NCBI GenBank assembly: GCA_030704615.1
Contig: CM060732.1
Span: 35,774,001 to 35,838,000 of the forward strand
Length of the DNA stretch: 64,000 nt
Direction of reading: 5' to 3'
Origin: Takakia lepidozioides
Taxonomy: Eukaryota; Plantae; Bryophyta
Shown: piece by piece, positions 63,101 to 64,000 of the stretch
Position numbering within the stretch: position 1 is the stretch's first letter
Layout of the letters: the number at the start of each line of letters is the position of its first letter
Position numbers and translations under genes: made by a program
The notes under the pieces: model-generated
Databases searched by the model: none
Seen by the model: only the letters and a program-made list of their open reading frames with translations
Told to the model about the DNA's origin: nothing

Positions 63101-64000
63101 CGAACAGGTCGTGCAGGGAAAAAAGGGACTGCCATCCTCATGTATTCAGATCATCAAGTGCAGTCAATGCGGTTAATAGAAAAGGATGTAGGGTGTAAAT
63201 TTGAGCAAATTGGAGCTCCTGGCATGAGCGACGTAATGCTTGCCAGCACTGAGCAGGTGACACAGATGGTAAAGCGTGTAAACCCTCAGTTGACCCAGGT
63301 TTTCCTTCCAACTGCGGAGTCCCTTTTGGACGAGCAGGGCCCGAGTGCTTTTGCTGCTGCCCTTGCACATATAAGTGGATTCAGTCAGCTACCTCCGTCC
63401 CGCTCTCTCCTCACTTATGAGGCGGTATGTATGGATCACACTGCTTCTTAATCTGTTAGTGGCCCTTCTCATGGTTTCAGAGATTTCAACTCACAGATAA
63501 ATAGGGGTAAGAGGGAGTTGTGAAAAGGTTGTCAAAAGACAATTAGATACAGGAATAATACCAAGAGTCTTTGGTGTTAGTGTGTGGAAGCCCCAATTTA
63601 GAAAGATGACGAGGAATTATGGGAGCAGGTTTGGTCTGTCAAAATGTGGTGGCTCTCTATAAGGCAAGTGAGACTTAATGCTAGCTAACAGACAAGGCTT
63701 TGAGTAGGGTGCCCCCTTTGCAGAAGGGTGATGCTGTGCCTAAATTACACAGGATGCATATGCGATGTGTGTGTTGCTACTAGATGTACTTGGGCACACT
63801 GATAGTTGCCAGAGCAAAGTAATAAGGACTGTTGTTGGTTTTGGATTTCAGGGATGGACTACATTGCGGCTGGTCCGCACACAGAGTGACTTGGTGCAAC
63901 CCACGTCAGCACGGCTTATTAGTGGGATGTTAGCAAGCATCTACAAACCAGCAGCTGACAAAGTTGGAAAGATTTCCATGATTGATGATGCCAGGGTGAG
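60184..64000 (+). CDS. RH3: Plastid DEAD-box RNA helicase, RH3-like (3' end beyond the window)
   Basis: Exons 60184-60741, 61160-61296 (AKTGTGKT), 61492-61909 ([18 protein letters not shown]), 62135-62233, 62374-62598 (TDVAARGLD), 63047-63424 ([23 protein letters not shown]), 63852-~63995. N-terminus is transit-peptide-like. Confidence 0.9.

Overview
Eukaryotic nuclear DNA from a non-seed land plant. The PLS-DYW PPR and TIR-NLR sequence styles look bryophyte-like; this is inference. The host genes are spliced, so the ORF track splits them and I rebuilt exons by hand from GT/GC-AG sites. Host genes: the 3' part of a cN-II/HAD-IG 5'-nucleotidase (+), an ATL RING-H2 E3 ligase (+), a LysM + invertebrate-type-lysozyme-like gene (-), an NCL Na+/Ca2+ exchanger pseudogene (-), a U6 snRNA pseudogene (-), a PLS-E-DYW PPR editing factor carrying an N-terminal OSB-type PDF motif (-), a TIR-NB-ARC-LRR-TIR immune receptor (-) and an RH3-like plastid DEAD-box helicase (+, runs off the window). 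Mobile DNA: a complete 364-bp TRIM whose LTRs each contain a tRNA-like sequence, a TTAA-flanked piggyBac-like MITE, LINE/gypsy/copia remnants, and a nested transposon cluster at about 43.3-59.7 kb. The most striking system in that cluster is a Ty3/gypsy retrotransposon encoding a DNMT3-like cytosine methyltransferase upstream of RT and a PHD finger after integrase (a potential chromatin writer plus reader); its 5' part is lost in a 500-N gap. Other top candidates are the PDF-PPR-DYW fusion, the LysM-lysozyme and the tRNA-LTR TRIM. No database searches were run, so novelty claims are provisional.
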